A DNA stretch of 30,730 nucleotides from Eledone cirrhosa (taxonomy: Eukaryota): contig CAXHJY010001344.1 of the NCBI GenBank assembly GCA_964016885.1, forward strand, positions 1 to 30,730. The letters run 5' to 3'. The notes beneath the pieces were generated by a model. That model was not told where the DNA came from and searched no databases. It saw only the letters and a program-made list of their open reading frames with translations. This document shows, piece after piece, positions 1 through 9,848 of this stretch (positions are counted from its first letter, which is position 1; each line of letters starts with the position of its first letter). A program made the translations under genes and the position numbers.

Positions 1-31
1 ATATATATATATTATATATATATATATATTA

Positions 32-80
<49 letters not shown>

Positions 81-110
81 ATATATATATTATACATATA
101 TATATATATA

Positions 111-175
<65 letters not shown>

Positions 176-552
176 ATATATATATTATATATATATTATA
201 TATATATATATATTATATATATTATATATATATATATATATTATATATATATATATATTATATATATATATATATTATATATATATATATATTATATATA
301 TATTAAATATATATATATATTATATATATATTATATATATATATATATTATATATATATTATATATATATATTATATATATATTAAATATATATATATAT
401 TATATATATATTATACATATATATATATAATATACATATATATATTATATATATATATTATATATATATATATATTATATATATATATATATTATATATA
501 TATATATATTATATATATATATATTATATATATATTATACATATATATATAT

Positions 553-586
<34 letters not shown>

Positions 587-1154
587 ATATTATATATATA
601 TATATTATATATATATATATATTATATATATATTATATATTATATATATATATTATATATTATATATATATATTATATATATATTATATATATATATATA
701 TATTATATATATATATAATATATATATATATATTATATATATATATATATATATTATACATATATATATATTATTATATATATATATATTATATATATAT
801 TATATATATATATATATTATATATATATATTATATATATATATTATATATATACATATATATATATATATAATGTTATATATATATATATTATATATATT
901 TATATTATATTTATATATATTATATATATATATTATATATAGATTTATATATATTATATATATATATTATATATAGATTTATATATATTATATATATATA
1001 TATATTTATATATATTATATATATATATTTATATATATATTTATATATATTATATATATATTTATATATATTATATATTTATATATACATTTATATATAT
1101 ATTTATATATATTATATATATATTTATATATATATTTATATATATTATATATAT
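1..1154. repeat. Degenerate (TA)n microsatellite array
   Basis: Almost pure TA dinucleotide with TATTA and TATTTA interruptions. Confidence 0.97.
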
Positions 1155-1498
1155 CATCATTTTTCATCATTTCATTTTACGTCCACTTTTCCCTGCTTGC
1201 AAGGGTGGGACGGGAACTGATTCTGGCTTAATTTCTACAGCTGGATGCCCTTCCTAACACCAACCTCATTTACAGTGAGTGCTGGGTGCTTTTTTGCCGT
1301 TGCACCTCCACGACCACTTTACAGTGGAATGATAGGGATCCCAGTCCCTATCATCTCATTTCTACAGCTGAGTAAACTGGAGCAATGTGAAATAAAGTGT
1401 CTTGCTCAAGGAAACAACACATCACCCGGTCTGAGAATTGAACTCACAACCTTTCGATTGCAAGGCCAATGCTCTAACCACTAAGCCATGTGCCTTTC
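1155..1498 (-). mobile_element. tRNA-derived SINE (CORE-like centre, RTE-derived 3' tail), copy 1
   Basis: Minus strand: A-box TGGCTTAGTGG (1478-1488), B-box GAGTTCAATTC (1435-1445), CORE-like CCTTGAGCAAGACACTTTATTTCACATTGCTCCAG...CAGCTGTAGAAATG. The 3' half matches the RTE-B 3' UTR and ends in an ATG-type repeat tail. Near-identical copies at 15123 and 17056. Confidence 0.9.
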
Positions 1499-1903
1499 AT
1501 ATATTTATATATATTTATATATATTATATATATATATTATATATATATATTATATATATATTTATATATATATTTATATATATTATATATATATTTATAT
1601 ATATATTTATATATATTATATATTTATATATATTATATATATATATATTATATATATATATATTATATTTATATATATTATATATATATATATATATTTT
1701 ATATATATATATTATATATATATTATATATATATTATATTTATATATATTATATATATATATATATATTTTATATATATATATTATATATATATTATATA
1801 TATATTATATATATATATTATATATATATTATATATATATTATATATATATATTATATATATATTATATATATATATTATATATGTATTATATATATATA
1901 TAT
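1499..1903. repeat. Degenerate (TA)n microsatellite array
   Basis: TA repeat with TATTA/TATTTA variants. Confidence 0.97.
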
Positions 1904-2412
1904 GTGGGGACGGGAGGGAGGGGTATGGGGTAGTTTGCGAGGAGAGAATTATTTTTAGAACAATGGTGTGACAGAACAGAATTATAGAAAGCCAATTTTG
2001 AATACGATTTTTTGATTCTGGGGGATTGTAAGATAAATAGATGAATGAACCGAATGTGGAGAGTTGAGAAGAAATGAATATGTACGTTACATTTCGTAGA
2101 AGAAAACTGAACAAGCGACCATCAATAATAGGAGACAAATTCTGGGTTTAGTCCCCTGTAGCAAGACTTATTTATATTTGGTTGGCAAGGAGTGAGGGGG
2201 AGTGTGAGAGCAGCGTATATGAGAGTGAGGGGGTGAGAGGCGATTTCAGCAGGCAGGCCGAGAGAGGGCAATCCCTAATTTAACCTGGCATAATTTTTTT
2301 TTCGGCCAAAATGGTTGCGGGAATATTATTTAGAATTGTAGAAAGACAAACAATTATGAACATGATTTTTTGATTCTGGGGGATTGTAAGATATATAGAT
2401 GCGAGGAGCAGA
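1904..2412. other. Unclassified non-coding segment with a 38-bp direct repeat (probable repeat fragment)
   Basis: GATTTTTTGATTCTGGGGGATTGTAAGATA(A/T)ATAGATG at 2006-2043 and 2364-2401; no credible ORF. Confidence 0.45.
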
Positions 2413-3083
2413 AGGATTCTGGAGCCTTCCTCATTTCTAGTACCTAACCCATAGCCTCCATGGATTTCATCATAGCCATCACAATGTTGTCCAACGTGAC
2501 CATTTAGGTCGCCAGCAATAATTATATAGTCACTGTCGGTTATTTGGGAGGTAGTGAGCATCAGTGTCTCATAGAAAGTGTCTTTTATAGCGCCAGGCAG
2601 TCCGGATTGGGGCGCGTATGCAGATATTATCGTCACAGTAGTTCTATTTAGAACAAGTCTTATTTTAATTATTCTGTCGTTTACTCTATTTACGTCTATT
2701 ATCTTATCCACCCATTTTTCTGCTAACATGATTCCTACTCCACCCAGCCCATTGTCATTTCCCACCCAGAAAAGCTTATAGCATCGTTTTTTACCCACAA
2801 TGAATCTAGCAGACCCGCCCCTCCACCTGGTCTCTTGGATGCAGCAGACATCAACCTCCTTACGTTCAAGCATTTCTACAACCTCGTTTGAGCGGTCTTT
2901 TAAGGTCCCTACATTCATGGTACCAACTCTGAAGTTTTGGATTGCGTTTGATGGGTGGAGTGCAGTGAGGGGTGTGGTTGATGCGGTTGGGGTTATGTTG
3001 GCCATCCGCGGCCGCAACAAAGAGGGTGGGGCTTTGCGCTTTCGTCCGGCAGCATGAGGTGAATTTGTCGTTATCTTTTGCAT
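2413..3083 (-). pseudogene. Inverted N-terminal part of RTE-A ORF: apurinic-like (APE) endonuclease
   Basis: Motifs VGTMNVGTL, VCCIQETRW, GVGIML, ISAYAPQ, IIAGDLNGHVG. Homology stops at GSRIL (2413); the rest of ORF 2280..3083 is read-through into flank. Confidence 0.9.
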
Positions 3084-3186
3084 TGTCTTCGGGTGTCCAG
3101 ATTCTTCTGACTCTCCAGAAAATCCCTAGTTCATCCATCATATCGAAAAAGCAACCAGAGTGCTAGCATAGGTCGTTTACTTGTGA

Positions 3187-5844
3187 TTGGTCCAAACCCA
3201 ATCCGGACTGCCTGGCGCTATAAAAGACACTTTCTATGAGACACTGATGCTCACTACCTCCCAAATAACCGACAGTGACTATATAATTATTGCTGGCGAC
3301 CTAAATGGTCACGTTGGACAACATTGTGACGGCTATGATGAAATCCATGGAGGCTATGGGTTTGGTACTAGAAATGAGGAAGGCTCCAGAATCCTGGAAT
3401 TCTGTGACGCAAATAACCTAACAATCTGTAACACTAACTTCAAAAAACGAGACAATCACTTGATCACCTACAGATCAGCGGAACATACCAGCCAGGTAGA
3501 TTATATCCTTACCAGAAGACGTGACAGAGTGACTGTTGTAAACACTAAATCCCTCCCCCATGAAGAATGCACCTCCCAACATAGACTGATAATTAGCGAC
3601 CTCATAGTCAGGACGAGACGTACTCGACAGCAGAAGAGGACTATCCTCAAGAGAAAAATATGGAAACTAAAGGACCCCACAGCCAGAAATAAATTTCAAA
3701 GCATATTACTTGATGCTTTCGACAGTAAGGAAGAGCATTTAGAGTCGGACAATATAGAGGGACAGTGGGAATTCCTGAAAGCAAACCTGCTGATGGCGGC
3801 AGACGAAGTCTGTGGCCGGAGCAGGCCTATAGGCAGGAGGAGAGTAACATGGTGGTGGAACAGTAAGGTGGAGGAGTCGATTAAGGCCAAAAAGCAGGCT
3901 TGGAAAGTATGGCGGGATGGGGGAAGTAGAGAAGACTATCAAGTGGCCAGGAGGGAAGCTAGGAGACAAGTGTACTTCGCAAGAAGGGAAGCAGAGGAAA
4001 GAAAGTTCAAGCATGTTCTACAACGCGAGGACCAAAAACGTGAGGTGTTCAGGATTGCTAGGCAATGTGTCAAGGAAAACCGTGATATTGTTGGGGAGAA
4101 GTGTGTACTAAATGATGATGGCGTACTTGCCATCACTGACGCTGATAAGAAGGTCACTTGGAAGTGTCACTACGAGAGGCTACTAAATGAAGAGAATAAA
4201 TGGGAGAAGGATAGTCTCCCCCAGATCGATCCAATAGTGGGACCAGCAGTGTTAGTTGAAGGTAGTATAATAAATAAGGCAATCAAAGATATGAGGACGG
4301 GTAAGGCGGCTGGGCCTTCGGAAATAGTTGCTGAGATGCTGAAGGCCTCTGGAACGGTGGGACACACCATGGTCACCCGGATAGTAAACCAAGTCATACA
4401 GAATGGGGTTGTTCCGAAGGACTGGCGTAGCAGCATCATCATTAACTGTTACAAGGGTAAAGGAGATGCCCTAGATAGGAGTAACTATAGAGGCATTAAA
4501 TTAATCGACCAGGTCATGAAGGTCACGGAAAAAGTAATAGTGCAACTAATCAGAGAGAGAATCGATCTAGATGAAATGCAGTTCGGGTTTGTGTCAGGCA
4601 AAAGTACCACAGACGCTCTTTTCATTGTACGACAACTACAGGAGAAGTACCTAGCTAAAAGTAAACCCCTATACTTAGCCTTTGTCGACTTGGAGAAAGC
4701 CTTCGACAGAGTCCCCCGTTCCATTATCTGGTGGGCTCTTAGAAAACTAGGTGTTGACGAATGGCTTCTGAGAGCTATACAAGCCATGTATAAAGAAACA
4801 GTCAGCAAGGTTAGAATTAACAACGAATATAGTGAAGAGTTTAGCGTAAAAGTTGGTGTCCATCAGGGCTCTGTTCTTAGCCCCCTACTATTTATTATTG
4901 CTCTTCAGGCTATAACAGAGGAGTTCAAGACCGGCTGCCCATGGGAACTCCTATACGCAGATGACCTAACGCTCATAGCTGAATCAATGGCCGAGCTAGA
5001 GAAGAAATTCCAATCAAAAGGCCTTAAAATTAACCTGGCTAAGACTAAAGTTCTAGTTTGTAGGAAAGAAAATAAGGCGCCGGTCCCTTCCGGGAAATGG
5101 CCATGCTCAGTGTGTAGGAAAGGCGTAGGTAGAAACTCCATTTTATGTCCCAAATGCAAAGTATGGGTGCATAAAAGATGTAGTGGGATCACAGGTAAGC
5201 TAACCAAGAACACAGATTTTACATGTGGCCAGTGCTCTGGTGCAATAAGTAGCAGCAAGTGCCCACAAAATACTAGCTCCTTCAACTGCGCAGAGGGTTC
5301 TATAGAAATAGTGGACAGCTTCCGTTACCTGGGTGACAAAATCAGCAGTGGGGGAGGGTGCTCTGAAAGTACAGTAGCTAGAGTCAGAACTGGATGGAAA
5401 AAGTTCAGAGAGCTTATACCACTATTAGCCGCTAAAGGGTTCTCCCTAAAAATGAAAGGCAGGTTGTATGATGCCTGCATACGAACAGCAATGTTGCATG
5501 GCAGTGAGACCTGGGCATTGTGTGCAGAGGATATACGCAGACTAGAGAGGAACGAAGCTTGCATGCTCCGCTGGATGTGTAATAGTAATATACGCGAACG
5601 GCAAAGCATAAACGAACTAAGGAAAAAATTAGAAATAAGAGGGATCAGATGTTGTTTACTCGAGAGAAGGCTACGTTGGTATGGCCACGTGATGCGCATG
5701 AAAGACGACAGCTGTATAGCAAAGTGCAGGGCAATAAAGATAGACGGTAGCCACGGAGTAGGCAGATCCAGAAAAACCTGGGACGAGCTGATAAATTCCG
5801 ACCTCACACACTTACACCTCTCCAAGACAATGTCACTGGACTGA
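3187..5844 (+). CDS. RTE-A ORF body: C-terminal half of APE endonuclease + reverse transcriptase with inserted PHD-type finger
   Basis: SQVDYIL/SQHRLII (APE); NYRGIKL, QFGF, FVDLEKAFDRV, GVHQGSVLSPLLF, LLYADDL, FRYLG, RRLRWYGHV. Lesions: 7-aa in-frame deletion relative to copy 2, and CGA>TGA at 5842 (copy 3 has CGA, so the ancestral stop is TAA at 5887-5889). Confidence 0.9.
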   Translation: MVQTQSGLPGAIKDTFYETLMLTTSQITDSDYIIIAGDLNGHVGQHCDGYDEIHGGYGFGTRNEEGSRILEFCDANNLTICNTNFKKRDNHLITYRSAEHTSQVDYILTRRRDRVTVVNTKSLPHEECTSQHRLIISDLIVRTRRTRQQKRTILKRKIWKLKDPTARNKFQSILLDAFDSKEEHLESDNIEGQWEFLKANLLMAADEVCGRSRPIGRRRVTWWWNSKVEESIKAKKQAWKVWRDGGSREDYQVARREARRQVYFARREAEERKFKHVLQREDQKREVFRIARQCVKENRDIVGEKCVLNDDGVLAITDADKKVTWKCHYERLLNEENKWEKDSLPQIDPIVGPAVLVEGSIINKAIKDMRTGKAAGPSEIVAEMLKASGTVGHTMVTRIVNQVIQNGVVPKDWRSSIIINCYKGKGDALDRSNYRGIKLIDQVMKVTEKVIVQLIRERIDLDEMQFGFVSGKSTTDALFIVRQLQEKYLAKSKPLYLAFVDLEKAFDRVPRSIIWWALRKLGVDEWLLRAIQAMYKETVSKVRINNEYSEEFSVKVGVHQGSVLSPLLFIIALQAITEEFKTGCPWELLYADDLTLIAESMAELEKKFQSKGLKINLAKTKVLVCRKENKAPVPSGKWPCSVCRKGVGRNSILCPKCKVWVHKRCSGITGKLTKNTDFTCGQCSGAISSSKCPQNTSSFNCAEGSIEIVDSFRYLGDKISSGGGCSESTVARVRTGWKKFRELIPLLAAKGFSLKMKGRLYDACIRTAMLHGSETWALCAEDIRRLERNEACMLRWMCNSNIRERQSINELRKKLEIRGIRCCLLERRLRWYGHVMRMKDDSCIAKCRAIKIDGSHGVGRSRKTWDELINSDLTHLHLSKTMSLD

Positions 5845-6274
5845 GACCTTTGGCGGTACTCAGTAATAGGGAAGACCCGCCTTACCTAAATTACAAAGTA
5901 AAAACCTACTACAGTCAGTAGGCATCTCTATCAAAACACACCCCCCGTCCCACCACCTCCACCCCATCCACACCGCCCCTTTCAATGTAAAGTTATGTTG
6001 GTCCCACAACATCCAGGCCGAAACAAATGAGATCGTGTAGGTGTCACGACAAAAAACACACAGTCCACGCTGTTAATGTGGCCGTGTAGGCAACACGGTA
6101 AAAACCTCCAAGCCCCACACTGTAAATGTGGTTGGTGTTAGGAAGGGCATCCAGCTGTAGAAAACCCGCCAGACAGTCCTATGCGAGCAAGACAACCACT
6201 CTTGCCTCAAGTGGGAAAACTCCCGTCCAAACCCATGCAAGCGTGGAACATGGACGTTAAACGATGATGATGAT

Positions 6275-6463
6275 ATATATATTATATATATATATATTTA
6301 TATATATTTTATATATATTATTTATATATACTATATATATATATATTATATATATATATATTATATATATATTATATATATATATATTATATATATATAT
6401 ATTGTTTATATATATTATATATTATATATATATATATATTATTTATATATATTATATATATAT

Positions 6464-6514
<51 letters not shown>

Positions 6515-6586
6515 ATAAATATATATATATATATTATATATATATTATAAATATATATATATATATTATATATATTATATATATAT

Positions 6587-6618
<32 letters not shown>

Positions 6619-6652
6619 ATCTATTATATATATATTATATATATATATATAT

Positions 6653-6684
<32 letters not shown>

Positions 6685-6701
6685 ATCTATTATATATATA
6701 T

Positions 6702-6733
<32 letters not shown>

Positions 6734-6772
6734 ATATATTATATTATATATATTATATATATATATATATTT
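6275..6772. repeat. Degenerate (TA)n microsatellite array
   Basis: TA repeat directly following the RTE-A tail. Confidence 0.97.
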
Positions 6773-6975
6773 TACGTAGGTCCCGGGTTGAGTCGGGGAT
6801 AACCACAGTAAGTAAGGTACTCAATACATGGCAGAGTAAAATTTTTTTATTTTATAGAAGGAGCTTCTACAGGACTAGTACTGTTTCATTCAGATGAAAT
6901 CTTCAGGAATTGCTTCCTGAAGATTTCATCTGAATGAAACAGTACTAGTCCTGTAGAAGCTCCTTCTATAAAATA
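6773..6975. mobile_element. Short fold-back insertion with hammerhead (probable 5'-truncated, 5'-inverted PLE terminus), family H1 copy 1
   Basis: 62-bp inverted arms 6848-6909 / 6914-6975 with a 4-bp spacer, plus a unique 75-bp extension on the left; flanked by TA; second copy at 25704. Confidence 0.75.
6912..6960 (+). ncRNA. Type I hammerhead ribozyme
   Basis: GCTTC-CTGAAGA-TTTCATCTGAAT-GAAA-CAG-TACTAGTC-CTG-TA-GAAGC. Stem I GCTTC/GAAGC, canonical core, stem III ACAG/CTGT with palindromic ACTAGT loop, GUA cleavage triplet. U.U at the base of stem II is non-canonical. Confidence 0.8.
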
Positions 6976-6992
6976 TATATATTTTATATATA

Positions 6993-9848
6993 TACTTCCT
7001 AATCATCGCAGGAGATTTTAACGGACACGTACGTAAACACTGCGACGGTTTCAATAGAGTACATGGAGGCCATGGAGTTGGCACAAGGAATGAGGAAGGA
7101 TTCAGACTCCTAGAATTCTGCGACGCCAATGACATGTCGATATGTAACACAAACTTTAACAAACCCGACAACCACCTGATCACCTATAGATCAGGGGAGC
7201 ACTCTAGTCAGTTAGATTTTATCCTCATCAGAGGACGTGACAGATGGACGGTCGTAAACACAAAAGCCTTCCCTAGTGAGGAATGTACATCCCAACATAG
7301 CTTAGTTGCCAGCGACCTCACGGTCAGAACTAGACGAACCCGGAAACAGAGGCCAACCTAGAGAAGAAAGGTCTGGAAGCTGAAAGTCCCCTCAACCAGT
7401 AACAGATTTAAAGATATTTTACTCAACGCCTACGACAGTAAAGAGGAACAGATAGAGACATTTAACGTAGAAGGGAACTGGGAGTTCCTAAAAAATAATT
7501 TGCTAGAGGTGACGGATGAGGTCTGTGGCTGGAGTAAGACCTCAAGCAGGAGGAGAGTGACTTGGTGGTGGAACAATAAGGTAGATGAAGCAGTTAAGGC
7601 CAAGAGACAGGCATGGAAAGAATGGAAGAATGGGGGGAGCAGGGTACATTACATAGAGACCAAGAGGGAAGCTAGGCGACAAGTATACTTAGCTATACAA
7701 GCATGTTTTACAACGTGAGGACCAGAAACAGGAGGTATTCAAGATTGCGAGGCAGTGTGTCAGAGATAGTTGTGATGTCATTGGAGAGAAGTGTATCCGG
7801 AATGATAAAGGTGAGCTTGCCCTCACAAGCGCTGAGAAGAAAGATGCATGGAAGAGTCATTATGATAGATTACTAAATGAGGAGAACGCATGGGAAGAAG
7901 AGACCCTACCCCAAGTAGACCCTATAGAGGGACCAGCAGTACAAGTCAGCAGCAGCGTAGTAAGTAAGGCAATCAAAGATATGAAGATGGGGAAGGCAAC
8001 CGGTCCATCAGGTATAGCTGCCGAGATGCTGAAGGCATCTGGGTCTGTAGGTCACACTATAACCACACGTATCGTTAACCAGGTAATACTAGAAGGGACC
8101 ATACCAAAAGATTGGTGCAGTAGCATCATTGTCAACTGCTACAAAGGCGATGCACTAGATAGAGGAAACTATAGAGGTATAAAGTTGATGGACCAGGTCA
8201 TGAAAGTAACAGAAAGAGTTATAGCACAGCTGATTAGGGACCGGGTGAATATAGACGAGATGCAATTTGGGTTTGTACCAGGAAGAAGCAGCACTGATGC
8301 CCTCTTCCTTGTGAGGCAATTACAGGAAAAGTACCTAGCTAAAAGTAAGCCACTCTACTTGGCATTTGTCGACCTTGAGAAAGCCTTTGACAGAGTTCCA
8401 CGTGCTGTAATCTGGTGGGCTCTTAGAAAACTAGGAGTAGATGAATGGCTTGTGAAAGCGGTACAAGCCATGTATAGGGGAGCAGTCAGCAAAGTTAGGA
8501 TTAGCAATGAGTATAGCGAGGAATTTAGCGTACATGTTGGGGTCCACCAGGGCTCTGTTCTTAGCCCTCTCCTGTTCATCATAGTCCTGCAGGCAATAAC
8601 GGAGGAATTTAAGACCAGATGCCCATGGGAACTCCTGTATGCTGATGACCTCGTACTCATAGCTGAATCTATGATAGAACTAGAGAATAAATTCCAAACC
8701 TGGAAGCAGGGACTAGAGAGAAAGGGTCTCAAAGTCAACATGACAAAGACTAAGGTCCTTGTAAGTAGACGAGAAAACAAAACCCAGATCCCCTCAGGGA
8801 AATGGCCTTGCTCAGTATGTAGGAAAGGTGTAGGTAGGAACTCCATTCTCTGCCCTAAATGCAAACAATGGGTACACAAGAGATGTAGCGGGATCTCAGG
8901 AAGCTTAATTAAGAATGTAGGATTCACATGCAGCAGCTGTGCTGAAACAGCAAGCAGCAAACAGCCACAGGAAACAAGTACCACCAATCTACGGGAGGGC
9001 CCTGTAGAAACAGTAGACAGCTTCTGCTACCTAGGTGACCGAATTAGCAACGGAGGTGGGTGTTCAGAAAGTACAACAACTAGGGTAAGAACGGGATGGA
9101 AGAAGTTTAGGGAACTACTACCACTGCTAGCTGCAAAAGACTTCTCCCTCAGAATGAAAGGCAGACTGTATGATGCTTGTATCCGAACAGCGATGTTGCA
9201 TGGTAGTGAGACCTGGGCGCTGAAGGTGGAAGACTTACGTAGATTAGAGAGAAACGAAGCCTGCATGCTCCGATGGCTGTGTAACAGTAATATACGTGAA
9301 CGACAAAGCATAAATGAATTGAGAGAGAGACTGAGCATAAGAGGAATCAAATGCTGTGTGCAGGAGAGGCGGTTGCGCTGGTATGGACATGTGATGCGTA
9401 TGAAGGATGACAGCTGCATAAAAAGGTGCAGAGCACTAGAAGTTGATGGAAACCGCGGAGTGGGGAGACCCAAGATGACCTGGGATGAGGTGATAAAAGC
9501 CGACCTTACCCAATTACACCTCTCAAAGACAATGACACACGACCGTGACTTCTGGCGTCACACAGTAATACAGAGTACCCGACCTCCCATGGGTACATGC
9601 TGAACATATAAACAATATGCCCCCACACCCCCCACCGCAAGGTGGTCGTGGAGGTGCCACGGCAAAAAAGCACCCAGCCCACACTGTAAAGTGGACGTGT
9701 AGGCGCCACGAAAAAGCACCCAGCACTCACTGTAAATGAGGTTGGTGTTAGGAAGGGCATCCAGCTGTAGAAATCAAGCCAGATCAGTTCCTGTATGAGC
9801 AAGGCATGGTCATCCGACCAGACCTGCATACAACAGGACAACCCGTCT
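6993..9848 (+). mobile_element. RTE-clade LINE family B, copy 1 (5'-truncated within APE; terminal ~45 bp missing)
   Basis: Begins YFLIIAGDFNGHV; stop at 7359-7361 and frameshifting deletion near 7695; RT ORF to 9603. The 3' UTR is cut at ...AACCCGTCT (compare intact end 28540-28596). Confidence 0.92.
7981..9603 (+). CDS. RTE-B reverse transcriptase with inserted PHD-type finger (uninterrupted part of a disrupted ORF)
   Basis: NYRGIKL, FVDLEKAFDRV, GVHQGSVLSPLLF, LLYADDL, C4HC3 finger at 8803-8940, FCYLG, RRLRWYGHV. Confidence 0.88.
   Translation: MKMGKATGPSGIAAEMLKASGSVGHTITTRIVNQVILEGTIPKDWCSSIIVNCYKGDALDRGNYRGIKLMDQVMKVTERVIAQLIRDRVNIDEMQFGFVPGRSSTDALFLVRQLQEKYLAKSKPLYLAFVDLEKAFDRVPRAVIWWALRKLGVDEWLVKAVQAMYRGAVSKVRISNEYSEEFSVHVGVHQGSVLSPLLFIIVLQAITEEFKTRCPWELLYADDLVLIAESMIELENKFQTWKQGLERKGLKVNMTKTKVLVSRRENKTQIPSGKWPCSVCRKGVGRNSILCPKCKQWVHKRCSGISGSLIKNVGFTCSSCAETASSKQPQETSTTNLREGPVETVDSFCYLGDRISNGGGCSESTTTRVRTGWKKFRELLPLLAAKDFSLRMKGRLYDACIRTAMLHGSETWALKVEDLRRLERNEACMLRWLCNSNIRERQSINELRERLSIRGIKCCVQERRLRWYGHVMRMKDDSCIKRCRALEVDGNRGVGRPKMTWDEVIKADLTQLHLSKTMTHDRDFWRHTVIQSTRPPMGTC

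Larger units (their letters stand above)
2413..6274 (+). mobile_element. RTE-clade non-LTR retrotransposon, family A, near full-length, with inverted 5' segment (2413-3196 minus; 3197-6274 plus)
   Basis: APE N-terminus on minus strand; rest of APE plus RT on plus strand; 3' UTR about 5890-6260; (GAT)n tail running into (TA)n. Confidence 0.92.

Noticed and set aside
1425-1498. tRNA gene
   Set aside because: A and B boxes are present, but no proper acceptor stem is evident and it is fused to a SINE body in three copies.
1438-1971. Long Ile/Tyr-rich ORFs here and over the other TA arrays (e.g. 17346-18358, 25900-26950, 28553-29269)
   Set aside because: Translation artefacts of (TA)n, which lacks stop codons on the TT-interrupted strand.
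2270-2310. snRNA/spliced-leader-like words (ACCTGGCA, AATTTTTTTTTCGG)
   Set aside because: Matches are too short and the surrounding snRNA sequence and structure are absent.
3696-5825. Multiple antisense ORFs over the RTE and PLE coding regions
   Set aside because: Shadow frames of retroelement ORFs with no recognisable motifs; they recur only because the elements are repeated.
5842-5889. In-frame TGA followed by continued homology (possible readthrough or selenocysteine)
   Set aside because: RTE-A copy 3 has CGA and RTE-B has Arg at this position; a simple C>T change at a CpG explains it.
6848-6975. MITE / DNA transposon interpretation of the fold-backs
   Set aside because: The inverted repeat is at one end only, its junction differs between copies, and it contains a hammerhead, which fits retro-insertion better.
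9632-9790. CRISPR-like repeat array
   Set aside because: Only about three degenerate units inside a LINE 3' UTR, no unique spacers, no cas genes, eukaryotic context.
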